A stretch of 64,000 nt of DNA from Octopus sinensis (taxonomy: Eukaryota): NCBI RefSeq assembly GCF_006345805.1, contig NC_043009.1, positions 1,054,001 through 1,118,000 of the forward strand. Direction: 5' to 3'. Below are positions 11,893 through 23,384 of this stretch, piece by piece (within the stretch, counting starts at the first letter, position 1; the number at the start of each line of letters is the position of its first letter). A program made the translations under genes and the position numbers. The notes below the pieces were generated by a model that was not told the DNA's origin, searched no databases, and saw nothing but the letters and a program-made list of their open reading frames with translations.

Positions 11893-13994
11893 ATCACAAA
11901 TGAAACCCATACCCATACAATGACAAAACTCCCCCATACCCTATTTACACCTACATAGTAATCCCAATATATTCTTCCATACATGGACGCAAGTGCGTGA
12001 AGCACATGAACATAATTAGTACGTACAACCCCTAATACACACTAATATATACGTATCAAGCTCGACCTCCACAGTGATAAGTTTACACACAATCACAACC
12101 AGATGGGTGAATTGCAAAACCAGTGAATGCTCACACATACGGGCGCGATTACATTGTTGCATATATCGAGCCAAAATAGTATGCATATGTACATGTGAGG
12201 GGTACACGTAAATGAAGTGAGCGTGTACCCCCTGTATTTATACCCGTGCGTGAATATACACATGGAGACTAATTTTTGAGTGGTGTTCGTTTTGCCACGT
12301 GAATAACCGGGTGGTGGACTAGCGTTGCTTGGAATGTGAATGGAATAGTGTAGTAGTGAGGTAGGCATAGAGAATGGGATTGGGTTACTGCAAGTTGTTT
12401 GTTAGAGATGCTAAGGTGAGTTAAAGCTCATAAATGTATATAATGTTTTTTGTGGGTGTGTAAGTATTGTTGTATATGTCGAGTTTAGTGAGTATGTATA
12501 GGCGTATATGTGAGGGAGTATATGTATCTTTTGTGTGTGAGTGTTTTGCGTGTGAGTGTGTGTTTTGTGTGTGAATGTGTATATGGGTTTGTTATTTAGG
12601 TTTTGGGATGTATGTGTTAATTTGTCTGTGTGGGGAGGGAGTGGGTTTTGGTGTATATTGAGGTTTATAAGTTAGTATACGTATGTGTATAAGTCGTGAG
12701 TCTGTGGTTTACGTGTGTGTATTTGTGTGTGAATGTTTAGGTTAGGGGGTTTACTTTATAGGTTTGTTATAGAGTTTAGTAAAGGGAGATTTTATCGTTA
12801 TATGTTTTTAAGAGTTTTGTTTTATCATGGTTTTTTTAGGGAATTCGTGGTAATTAGTCTATATTTTCGATATGGATTATATATAGGTTATATATGGATT
12901 ATATACTTATATTTTTTCATTTATACTTTAATTATTTAAAAGTATTATTTTTATATTTTAAAATTTTGATTTTTTAGATTGGAAGTCCACCTGAAGATTG
13001 TCGATCAAGACAAGAAACGATTGTAGTGGCAGTTTTTTTGACTATTTATTAAATTTTATGTATTGATTAAGTCTTTCCTTGTTTGTTTTGCAAAATAGTG
13101 GTTTTGTCTCAAATAATATTTTATATATATATATATATATATAATCATCATCATCATCATCATCATCATTTAATGTCTGTGTTCCATGCTGGCATGGGTT
13201 GGATGGTTTGACTGGGCTGGCACACTGGAAGGCTGCACAAGACTCTAGTCTGATATGGCATGATTTTCTATGGCTGGATGCCCTTCCTATTGCCAACCAC
13301 TCCAAGAGTGTAATGGGTGCTTTTACGTTCCACCGGTACAAGTACCATTTGCACGACACCAGGGTGTGTTTACGTGCCTCCAGCACGGGTGCCAATTTGC
13401 ATGACACTGATATCTGCCATAACTGTGAATTTACTCAGCTTGATGGGTCTTCTTCTCAAGCACGACATAATGCCAGAGGTCTCAGTCATTGCTTCCGTGA
13501 GGCCCAACACTCGAAAGGAACTCAACCACTTTGCCTTCATGAGGCCCAACCCTCAAAGCAGCTCTAATGTAATAAATATTGTTAAATACATATACTAATG
13601 TATATGTTACCAGCGTTGCCTTATTGGCACTTGTGCCAGTGGCACGTGAAAAAACATTCGAGTGAGGTTGTTGCCAGTGCCACTAGACTGGCTCCTGTGC
13701 AGGTGGCACGTAAAAAACACCATTTGAGTGTGGCCATTGCCAGTACCGCCTAACCGGGCCTTGTGCTGGTGGCACGTAAAAGCACCCACTACACTCTCAG
13801 AAGGGCATCTGGCTGTAGAAACTCTGCCAGATCAGATTGGAGCTTGGTGCAGCCTTCTGTCAAATCGTCCAACCCATGCTAGCATGGAAAGCAGACTTTA
13901 AATGATGATGATGATGATGATGATGATGCTTTGTGTATTTTCTGGTGGCTGCAATGGCATAGCAGAGTGTATAATTCTCATGTCACCTTTTATT

Positions 13995-14395
13995 CAGTCG
14001 TGATTGAGCTAACCATCATCATTCAGTCAGTCAAGACTGAGATAGAACTAAACATAATCATCATCATTCAGTCAGGATTGAGGTAGAGCTAAATATCATC
14101 ATCATCAGTCACCACCAATCGTCAACCATCACCAATTATCATTCAATCAAGACTGAACTAGAACTAATCATCATTCAATCAAGATTGAGGCAGAACTAAA
14201 TATTATCAACTATCATCATCATTCATCAATCATCATTCAAGCAAGACTGAGCAGGAACTAAACCTTATAATCATCATCAATTATCATTCAATCAAGATTG
14301 GGGTAGAACTAAATATCATCATTACCTACAATCTTCAACTATCATCATCAACTGTCATTCAATCGAGACAGAACTGGAGCGAAATATGATTATCA
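13995..14395. repeat. Degenerate CAT-rich tandem repeat (CATTCAATCAAGACTGAG...AGAACTAAA), ~6-7 copies
   Basis: The motif recurs about every 45-70 bp just upstream of exon 3. Confidence 0.7.
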
Positions 14396-14474
14396 CTACT
14401 ACTGCCACTACAACCCCCTCCTTCATCTACATCCCGCTTAAAGATGACGATAATTTTCTTCCTTTTCTTTCCAG

Positions 14475-14555
14475 CGTAACTCCTAGAAACTGTGATAAAC
14501 ATCCATCAGCTATTGTTGAGTTGCAGGCCATTTGTCGCAAAGATGGCGAAAACCG
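14475..14555 (+). CDS. TTF2: TTF2 coding exon 3 (VTPRNCDKHPSAIVELQAICRKDGEN)
   Basis: Polypyrimidine-CCAG acceptor, GTAAAT donor, phase 2-2; the C..H....VELQ block is conserved. Confidence 0.9.
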
Positions 14556-15168
14556 GTAAATGTTTCCCTCCTGTTTATTCTATCAATTAATGTTGCGTGC
14601 ATTTAATGGTTATCACACGAATACATGAACATTGAAGAAATATTAAAGTATTGGATATATTCTGGCAGCATTATTAATAGCAGAACTGGCAGAATTGTTT
14701 GCACATGAGGCAAGTTGCTTAGCAACATTTTGTCCATTTGTACATTAAAATTCTGCTGATGTTGACTTTGGCTTTCATCCTTTTAGGGTTGATAAAATAA
14801 GTACCTATTTCTTTACTACCCACAAGGAGCTAAACACAGAAGGTACAAACAAGGACAGACAAACGGATTAAGTCGATAATATCGACCCCAGTGCATAACT
14901 GGTACTTATTTAATCGACCCCGAAAGGATGAAAGGCAAAGTCAACCTTGGCGGAATTTGAACTCAGAACATAGCAGCAGACGAAATACCGCAAAGCATTT
15001 CGCCCCGTGTGCTAACGATTCTGCCAGCTCGCCGCCTTCATGATAAAACAAGTACCAGTTGAGCACTGGGGTTGATGTAATCAACTTATTCCTTCTCCCT
15101 GAAATTGCTGGCCTTGTGCCAAAATTTAAAACCAGTATACTCTTGCAGGGAATGCATATATAAGTGTA

Positions 15169-15900
15169 TTGGGTTGGAAAGAAGGTCTTGTCATATCTTT
15201 GACGTATCATTTTGGAGGTACTTTTTCAATATTTACAGTAAAGTAAAAAATTTTATATTCTACTGTTTCCTTGTTTCTTTGTAGATTACTTTATACTACA
15301 GTGGTTCAATTCATACCAATTTTACCCTTTTAAAATGAAATTAGGTTAGTCCTATGTCAGACACTTCATGCTGTACAAATTCCTTTGGAGCTCTTCACCA
15401 AAGGAAGCAGCAAGAAAAATTCATTCTGTTTATGGAAATGAAGCATTAATTGTCTGGTTATGCCAACAAGGATTTGGTCAGTTTGGCTTTTGGAAAATTT
15501 TTTTCTTGCAAACTCTCTTTAATCTGGAGAGCCAAGTTCTACCCACAGTGAACTTCTGGAAACAATAGCTGGAGAAAATTTGAAGCAAAATGCACAAGAA
15601 TTAGAGAACCAGTCAGTTCAGGTTACACTTCGATTGTAAAATATTTTCAGGAACTAAGAAAAGTGTTAAACTTGTTCAGTGGGTTCCTCATTATGTGAGT
15701 GCTTCTCAGCTCAAAGAGCTACTGCCTGCTTCTCATCGAAGAATAGACTTGCTACTAAAGCTTTCATGGATATAATCATAACAGATGGAAAGTGGGTTCT
15801 CTATAATTACTTCCAGTGAAAACAAGAATGGTTAGTAATCAGTGTAAAAGAGGAATTCACAGACAAGGACTACAGCCAGAAAATGTTTATGTTCTGTGTT
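15169..15900 (+). mobile_element. Decayed mariner transposon
   Basis: TA|TTGGGTTG TIR-like start; N-terminal transposase remnant HFMLYKF...KEAARKIHSVYGNEA. Confidence 0.65.
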
Positions 15901-16001
15901 TGTATTTTGCTTGTTTTTGTCAGTAGACTGCGGCCATGCTGGGGCACTGCCTTGAAGGACTTTAGTTGAACAAATTGATCCTAGTACTTATTTGTCTTTC
16001 C

Positions 16002-16213
16002 TTAATCCTTTAGTATTCGGATTATTCTGTCAAATGTAATGCTTATTGATTCACATTGATTTGAATTAATCATGTATTATCTTGTAGCTTTGATTTTTTT
16101 TTCCAATGACATTATCAAGTAGATGTGAGAGAGGCCAGATCCAATCAGTTTGAACATAAAACAGGTGAAAAATTTTGGGGTGGATGTGGCCGGTTTAAAT
16201 GCTAAAGGGTAAA
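16002..16213. mobile_element. piggyBac-like MITE (TTAA/CCTT...AGGG ends); related copies at ~19695-20180, 25950-26542 and 46318-46545
   Basis: Shared body (GAATTAATCATGCATTATCTC...GGTGTGAGAGGCCAGATC...TTTAAATGCTAAAGGG) and TTAA-like termini. Confidence 0.6.
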
Positions 16214-16439
16214 AGCTTGGTAGTTATTCTATCAGTTTCTTTTGCCAAACTGCTAAGTTACAGGGATGTAAACACACCAACACTGGTTGTCAAGTGGTAA
16301 TGGGACACACACACAGCCAAGAGTGAAGCAGAAAGGGAGAAGTTTGCCAATGTTCTGCAGTGTGAGGACTAGCAGTTTGAAGTGTTTTGGCTTGCAGAAC
16401 TGTGTGCCAGGGAAAATTGTGATGCCGTGGGAGAGAAGT

Positions 16440-17960
16440 GTATTCATAGTGATGTGGGTTATGGCCTAATCACCCATATAGTTAACCAGGTTGCACACGA
16501 GGGAGTCATACTGGTGTAGCAGCATCATAGTCAACTGTTACAAAGGTAAAGGCAACGCCTTAGACAGAAATAATTACAGAAGTATCAAACTGTTAGATCA
16601 GGCAATGAAAGTTACAGAGAGGGTCTTAGTCCAACTAATTAGGAAGTGAGTTAGTCTAGATGGGATGCAGTTTGGTTTTGTGCCAGGAAAAAACACCACT
16701 GATGCTATATTTCTGGTAAGGCAGCTGCAGGAGAAGTACCTAGCCAAAAATAAACCTCTGTACTTGGCTTTTGTTGACATGGAGAAAGCCTTTGACAGGG
16801 TTCCCCATTCCCTTATCTGGTGGTCAGTGTGGAAATTAGGGATAGAGGAGTAGCTAGTGAGAGCTGTACAAGCCATGTAGAACTCAAGAGATTCTGCTGA
16901 GAGCCAAATGACAGTTGGCAACAAGCCACTAGTGACGAATTCAGGGTACAAGTAGAGGTTCACCAAAGATCAGTCCTCAGTCCGCTTTTGTTCATCATAG
17001 TTCTCCAAGCAATAACAGAGGAATTTAAGACAGGCTGCCACTGAGAGCTGCTCTATGCTGATCACCTTGTTCTCATAGCCTAATCACTTCAGAACTAGGA
17101 GAAAAATGTCAAGTGTTGAAGCCAGGTCTAGAATTAGAAGGTCTTGGAATTAATCTAGCAAAAACCAAAGTCTTAGTATGGAGGAAAGTGGACAGATCAC
17201 AAATCCCTTCAGATAGATGGCCCTACTTGAGCTGTAGAAAAGGCGTAGGCAGGAACAAAATGTAGCTGGTGCAAGCTATGGATACATAAGGGGTGCAGCG
17301 ATAACAGAGGAATGTTAACAGGAAAAATAGTCTTTGTGTATGGCAGATGTACAGGTACAGTAAACATTACAAATGTACAGAAAATAGACTCCATCATATG
17401 CTGGTGTGGAAAACTAGAAGTAGTTGGTAGCTTCCGGTACCTAGGTGACTAAGTCAGTAGTAGAGGTGGATGCTCCAAAGGCGTAGCTGCTAGAATAAGA
17501 ATAGGCTGGGCAAAGTTCAGAGAGCTTCTACCTCTTCTGTTGGTAACAAAGGGCCTCTCCTTCAGAATGAAAGGCAGTCTGTATAATACCTGTGTGTGAA
17601 CAGTCGTGCCATAGGACATGTGAAGGGTTGAAAGAAATGAAGCCAGTATGCTTCAGTGGATGTGCAATATCTGTGCATGTACAACAGTGTAAATGTCTTG
17701 AGACGAAAACTGGGCATAAGAGGCATCAGATTTGATATGCAAGAGAGACAAATGCACTGGTATGGTCATGTGATGCATATGGATGAGGACAGCTGTGTGG
17801 AGAGGTGCTGAACTCTAACTGTGGAGGGAACCTGTGGTAGAATTAGACCCAGGTGATGAAGCACGGTCTTTGAATGTTGGGCCTAACAGAGGTGATGACA
17901 AGTGACTGAGAGTTTTGGCGATATGCTGTGCTTGAGAAGACTCGTTAAGACAGGTGAAAT
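16440..17960 (+). mobile_element. RTE-clade LINE ORF2 (RT) fragment, decayed
   Basis: QFGFVPGKNTTDAIFLVRQLQEKY...FVDMEKAFDRV and LYADHL motifs, with stops. Confidence 0.88.
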
Positions 17961-18139
17961 CATAGTCATGATTGTTAATGAAACTGTAATTGTGGCTGAA
18001 AACAGAAGCAAAAATACCCACCTATGCACACACGCACACACACACACGCACACACGCACACACACACTCACACACATTTGTGTGTATATGTACATTCATC
18101 CATTTACATTATTTTCTTATATTGGTTTCTTTCTCACAG

Positions 18140-18212
18140 GTGTTACTTCCGATGTCATCAAAAAAAGGAAGGAACAGACTGGTGTGGTTTTAAGATAAGA
18201 AAAGCTCTGCAG
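18140..18212 (+). CDS. TTF2: TTF2 coding exon 4 (CYFRCHQKKEGTDWCGFKIRKALQ)
   Basis: CTCACAG acceptor, GTAACA donor, phase 2-0; FRC...WCG motif. Confidence 0.9.
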
Positions 18213-18379
18213 GTAACATCAATTTATCATCGTCATTTAATGTTTGTGTTCCATACTGGCACGAGTTGGATGGTCCAAGAGGATCCAACTAGCTCAAGGT
18301 CTGTGTTGGTCTTCAGTGTCTGCTTTGGTAAGGTTTCTGCAGTTGAATGCCTTTCCCAATGTTACCAACAAGGCATTCA

Positions 18380-18645
18380 TGACAAATGACAAATGACTGC
18401 CTTTATGGAGACCTGCCAAAAGTTAGCAAGATCAAGCAAAGATGGCTGCAACAACCTGGTCACTGCAGGTGTTACCCTGAACTGGAAGCATCCAATTTAG
18501 TCTTGAGGAACCCACTTACATCAACAACTTGATTGCAGACACTGGCCTGGAATGTGTCCAGGACATAGAGGCAGTGATGATGGAGCGAGAAGTGTGGCAG
18601 GTAGACTTTGTTGCTGTGACCCGAGTTGGAACCTGGCAATAATGA
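18380..18645 (+). mobile_element. 3' fragment of a second RTE-like LINE family; related minus-strand piece at 44620-45050
   Basis: C-terminal remnant (TYIN.LIADTGLE...M..R.VW) followed by a (TAA)n tail. The 44.6-45.0 kb piece reads FRATVESVLL... Confidence 0.55.
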
Positions 18646-20334
18646 TAATATTAATAATAATAATAATAAATGCCCTGATGCAGTACCAGGCAGTGGCTCT
18701 CATGGCTTCTGAAAATTCTAACTGGGCCCCACCTGCAAGGTCATGTGCTGTTTATCTTGATATGAGATCACAATGTCGCGCACATATGGTTGTGATGCAT
18801 GTGCCTAGTGTATCCTTATCAGATGAGTAGTCATGATGGGTATACTGGGCTTCGTATATTTTACCCGAGTGTCACTTTGATGGCATGCACTGCTCTCTCA
18901 CTCAATAATAATAATAATAATAATAATGCTACCAGGTGTTTTTTTTTTTTTGTGCCACCAGCACAAGTGAGGTAACCGTGCATCTTGCAAGACTATAAAA
19001 CTCAAGAGAAGGGGCAGCCTAATGCAAGGAGATGAGGAGTTAAAGTATGAAAGAAGCAGGGAGGAGCAGAGCAGGGTCTTGTAGAGAAGTTCAATGGCTG
19101 TTTACATTTAGTAAAGTGTGTGAGAATGATGAGTGGGACATCGTCATCATTTGTTTCCCATGCTAAAATGGATCAGATGGTTTGACTGGGGTTGGTAAAC
19201 TGGAGAGCTGCACTGGGATTTAGTCTGATATGTCTTGGTTTCTACAGATGGATGCCCTTTTTAACACCAACCACTCCACAGTGTGTAGTGGGTGACATTC
19301 ATGTGCCACAGGTGCAGGTGCCTTTTACACGTCACTGTCACTGGTGCCTTTCATATGTCACTGGCACTGGTGCCTTTCAAGTCCCTGGCACAGGTGCCTT
19401 TTATGTCACCAGCACTGGTCACGACTTTGCTTTCACTTAGCTTGATGTGTCTTCTCAGGCATAGCAGCAAATCACCAAAGGTCTCTGTCACTTGTCATCA
19501 CCTCCATGAGACACAACATCCAAAGATCATACTTCCCCACCTTGCCCCATTCCTTCCTGAGTCTGCCTCTTCCACAAGTTACCTCCACATTTAGAGATCA
19601 ACACTTCATTACGCAGCTCTCCTCCTCAAATAAAGGTGATGAGGTATCCAGGCAGTTACCTCCAAACTTATACAATGCTCCTGAACCCTCTCGCATTCAG
19701 ATTATTCTGGCAAATGTAATGCTTATTCCTTCACGCTGTTTTCAATTAATCATGCATTATCTCATAGCTTTGAGATTTCAACAATGTATTTGATTTGAAT
19801 GGCATTGCTAGGTAGGTGTGAGAGGCCAGATCTGGCCTTTTTGAACCTAAAGCAGGAAGAAAATTTGGGGCTGGATATCATCATCATCATCATCATCGTC
19901 GTTTAACGTCCGTTCTCCATGCTAGCATGGGTTGGACGGTTCGACCGGGGTTCTGGGAAGCCAGAAGGCTGCACCAGGCTCCAGTCTAATTTGGCAATGT
20001 TTCTACAGCTGGATGCCCTTCCTAACGCCAACCACTCCGTGAGTGTAGTGGGTGCTTTTTACGTGCCACCTGCACAGGTGCCAGGCGGGGCTGGCAACGG
20101 CCACGGTCAGATTGGTGTATTTTATGTGCCACCGGCACGGAAGCCAGACGGGCGGTGCTGGACCAATTTAAATGCTGAAGGGTTGAATTGATAGACTACT
20201 GACGAAATAGGTGTCAGGTCACCGGCTTTAGACTTGGCCCGCTTCTTAATGGCTGTTTTTAAATCCTTGCTTACCTTTTACAGTGTTCTTTGAGAGTGGA
20301 AACGGAGCATTAATTAGGGATCTTATTCTTCCAG

Positions 20335-20385
20335 GGAAATGAGAAACCCGTCAAGAGTAATAAAGAAGCAAAGCCATCATCCAAG
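20335..20385 (+). CDS. TTF2: TTF2 coding exon 5 (GNEKPVKSNKEAKPSSK)
   Basis: TTCCAG acceptor, AAG|GTAAGG donor, phase 0-0, open frame. Poorly conserved linker, so support is splice signals only. Confidence 0.7.
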
Positions 20386-20654
20386 GTAAGGATTGTTTAT
20401 TAAACGAACATCTTTTATGTTTAATAACTTGTTTCAGCCATTTGACTGCAGCCATGCTGGGGGCATTGCCTTGAAGGGTTTTAGTCAAACAAATTGACCC
20501 CAGGACTTATTTTTTAAGCTTAGTACTTATTCTGTTGGTTTCTTTTGCCAAACTGATTGTAAACTCACTGACACTGGTTGTCAAGTGGTGGAGGACAAAC
20601 GCACACATGCATGTACACACACACACACACATACACACACACACAATATCCATC

Positions 20655-21410
20655 ATCATCATCATCATTTAACGTCCGCTTTCCATGCTAGCATGGGTTG
20701 GACGGTTCAACTGGGGTCTGGGGAGCCCGAAGGCTGCACCAGGCCAGTCAGATCTGGCAGTGTTTCTACAGCTGGATGCCCTTCCTAACGCCAACCACTC
20801 CGAGAGTGTAGTGGGTGATTTTATGTGCCACCGACACAGGTGCCAGACGAGGCTGGCGAACGGCCACGCTCGGATGGTGTTTTTTATGTGCCACCGACAC
20901 AGGTGCCAGACGAGGCTGGCAGACGGCCACGATCGGATGGTGTTTGTTACATGCCCACAGCACGGAGGCCAGTCGATGCGGTACTGGCTACGGCCACGTT
21001 CGGATGGTTTTCTTGTGTGCCACCGGCACTGGTACCACAAAGATACAAATTCCATTGATGTTCATCTATTTTGATTCTCACTTGCCTCAACAGGTCTTCA
21101 CAAGTGTCATAAGAAGGAAGGTATGCACAGGTGGACTGACTACGTCCCAGGTAGGGGCCACGGGTTATGGCCTGACTAGTCTTGCCGGGTCTTCGGATGG
21201 TGTTTTTATGTGCCACCGACACAGGTGCCAGATGAGGCTGGCGAACGGCCACGATCGGATGGTGTTTGTTACGTGCCCACAGCACGGAGGCCAGTCGATG
21301 TGGTACTGACTACCGCCACGTTCGGATGGTTTTCTTGTGTGCCACCGGCACTGGTACCACAAAGATACAAATTCCATTGATGTTCATCTATTTTGATTTG
21401 TTTTGATTTG
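20655..21410 (-). repeat. RTE 3' UTR copy with partial tandem expansion (array 2)
   Basis: Same head, 62-bp subunits and unit sequence as 7150-9668. Confidence 0.9.
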
Positions 21411-21790
21411 ATACACAAACACACACACACATACATACATACATATATCTGAATAAAAGGCACACTCTAAAGCAGGATTTCTCTATCATTTTTTATCTAT
21501 GGACCCCCTTGATTACTATTTTATTCTGGTGGGCCCCTGTTGCCATTAAATGTTTAATAACTAGTTTCATAGAAACTTCTTTCAAGATTCCTATTTGGTT
21601 TTTCACACATTGACTTGTGAAGGTTGAACCATGTATAATGTTAGAGAAAGAAACCCAGCTGTTTCTTGCAATACATACCAATCCATACATCTAAAGCAAA
21701 TTTTTTTCAGGGTCCCTTAAAATACTATTGTGGATCCCAATTTACTATTTTGCTCTGTGGACCCCAAAAAATCTTATATGAGCTCCAGTT

Positions 21791-21851
21791 GAGTGACCAG
21801 TTTCGCATCCATCAAAGCTGCAGCCTTATGGACAGCTCATCAGTCTCTATA
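21791..21851 (-). ncRNA. Type-I hammerhead ribozyme-like motif (core intact, stem I eroded)
   Basis: Minus strand: TAGAGA CTGATGA GCTGTCCATAAGGC TGCA GCTTTGATGGATGC GAAAC TG GTC ACTC. Confidence 0.65.
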
Positions 21852-22257
21852 CAAAGACAAGTTTAACTTTTCACTAATGAGTGAGTCAGTGTAGTTAAGG
21901 AATATACTCATCAAGAATTATTAAAAAGCACCCACTACGCTCTTGGCATGGTTGGTGTTAAGAAGGGCATCCAGCTGTAGAAACCTTGCCTGATCAGATT
22001 GGAGCCTGGTCCAGCCTCCTCGCTTGCTAGTCCTCAGTCAAACTGTCTAACCTATACCTCCATTTTAAGTGCTGCAAAATTGGGATTCTCTGTTTGCTGA
22101 TTAAGCTCCATGAGATAGATTCCTATTTCCCAATACTGACTTGTCTAGGAGAGGCAGACCGTCCTCACCAATGTTAGAACTTTCTTTCGCTGATGTCTGT
22201 TTGACCAATTGACCGTAACATTTTTCCACTCCTGAAAGATGAAGAGTTAAACTTGTC

Positions 22258-22325
22258 TATAGAACCTGATGAGCTGTCCACAAGGCTGTGGCTTTTGTGG
22301 ATGCAATACCATTGGTCGCTCTATG
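22258..22325 (+). ncRNA. Type-I hammerhead ribozyme-like motif, catalytic GAAA mutated to AATA
   Basis: TATAGAAC CTGATGA GC-TGTCCACAAGGC/GCTTTTGTGGAT-GC AATA CC ATT GG TC GCTCTATG. Stems I-III can be drawn. Confidence 0.6.
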
Positions 22326-22976
22326 ACCAGACTCTAACTTCACTGATTTAATATACATATATCTATCTATATATATATATACATATATATATATGAATTT
22401 ATATAAGTAAGGATAAGATCGATATTTAAATACCGATCTTATCAGGTGGCCAGCATGGGAATAAAAACCTTCTAAGGTAATAATTATTTAAATTATAATT
22501 TAGGGTATCTAAGAGATACCACCACGCTGGAAACAGCTGTCAAAACTTGACTCTAAAACCACATTAAGTGTTCATACAGCACCAGGAGGGAAGACAAAGA
22601 GACAAAATAAACTAGCAAAAAAATTACTGGATAATTCCAGATCCCGGATTTCTGACTCTGCATAAGAAAAGCTTTGCTTCATCAGTGGAATATACACAGA
22701 TAGTAACATAAATACACACACACACATACACATACACATATATATATATATATATTTACATACATACAACATACGATATACTTACACATACAAACGTATA
22801 TATACATATATATGCACGTATGCACACGACCAGTTTACATTGCCTGCCTATATATATATGTATATATGTATATATATAATGGGAAGCTTTATGAAAATAA
22901 ACAAAAGACGAAGGCAGGTGGAGTACAAACAAACAATTGTATTAGTATGGCGCCCAGGAATATAAATAAAACAAGT

Positions 22977-23012
22977 CTTTTACGTTTCGAGCCTACGCTC
23001 TTCGACAGAAAG
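22977..23012 (-). ncRNA. Minimal hammerhead-like motif with variant core, in a Penelope-like remnant
   Basis: Minus strand: CTTT CTGTCGA A GAGC GTAG GCTC GAAAC GT A AAAG. Confidence 0.45.
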
Positions 23013-23384
23013 ATACACAGAAAAGAAACACGGAGAGAAACAAGGAGAGAAAAAAAATGCGTGCAGAAGCTAGCAATTCAACATGGCGATTCAACATGGC
23101 GATATATATTGTTTGTTTTTTGTTTTTTTGTTTTTCCAGTTTCAGCTCTTGAGCTGTGGCCATGCTGGGGCACCGCCATTGTGGTGAAAGAGTACAGCAG
23201 GGATCACCACCCCCTGCCGGAGCCTCGTAGAGCTTTTAGGTGTTTTCACTCAATAAACACACACAACGCCCAGTCTGAGAATCGAAACCGCGATCCTGCG
23301 ACCGCGAGTCCGCTGCCCTAACCACTAGGCCATTGCGCCTCTACTATAGGCCATTGCGCCTATATATAATATATAATATATCAT

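Noticed and set aside
12400-12960. C-depleted tract as a biological deamination signature
   Set aside because: It cannot be separated from an assembly or polishing artefact without reads; kept only as a low-interest finding.
20284-20334. Upstream acceptor (TTTTTACAG) for exon 5
   Set aside because: It introduces an in-frame TAA in the required phase.
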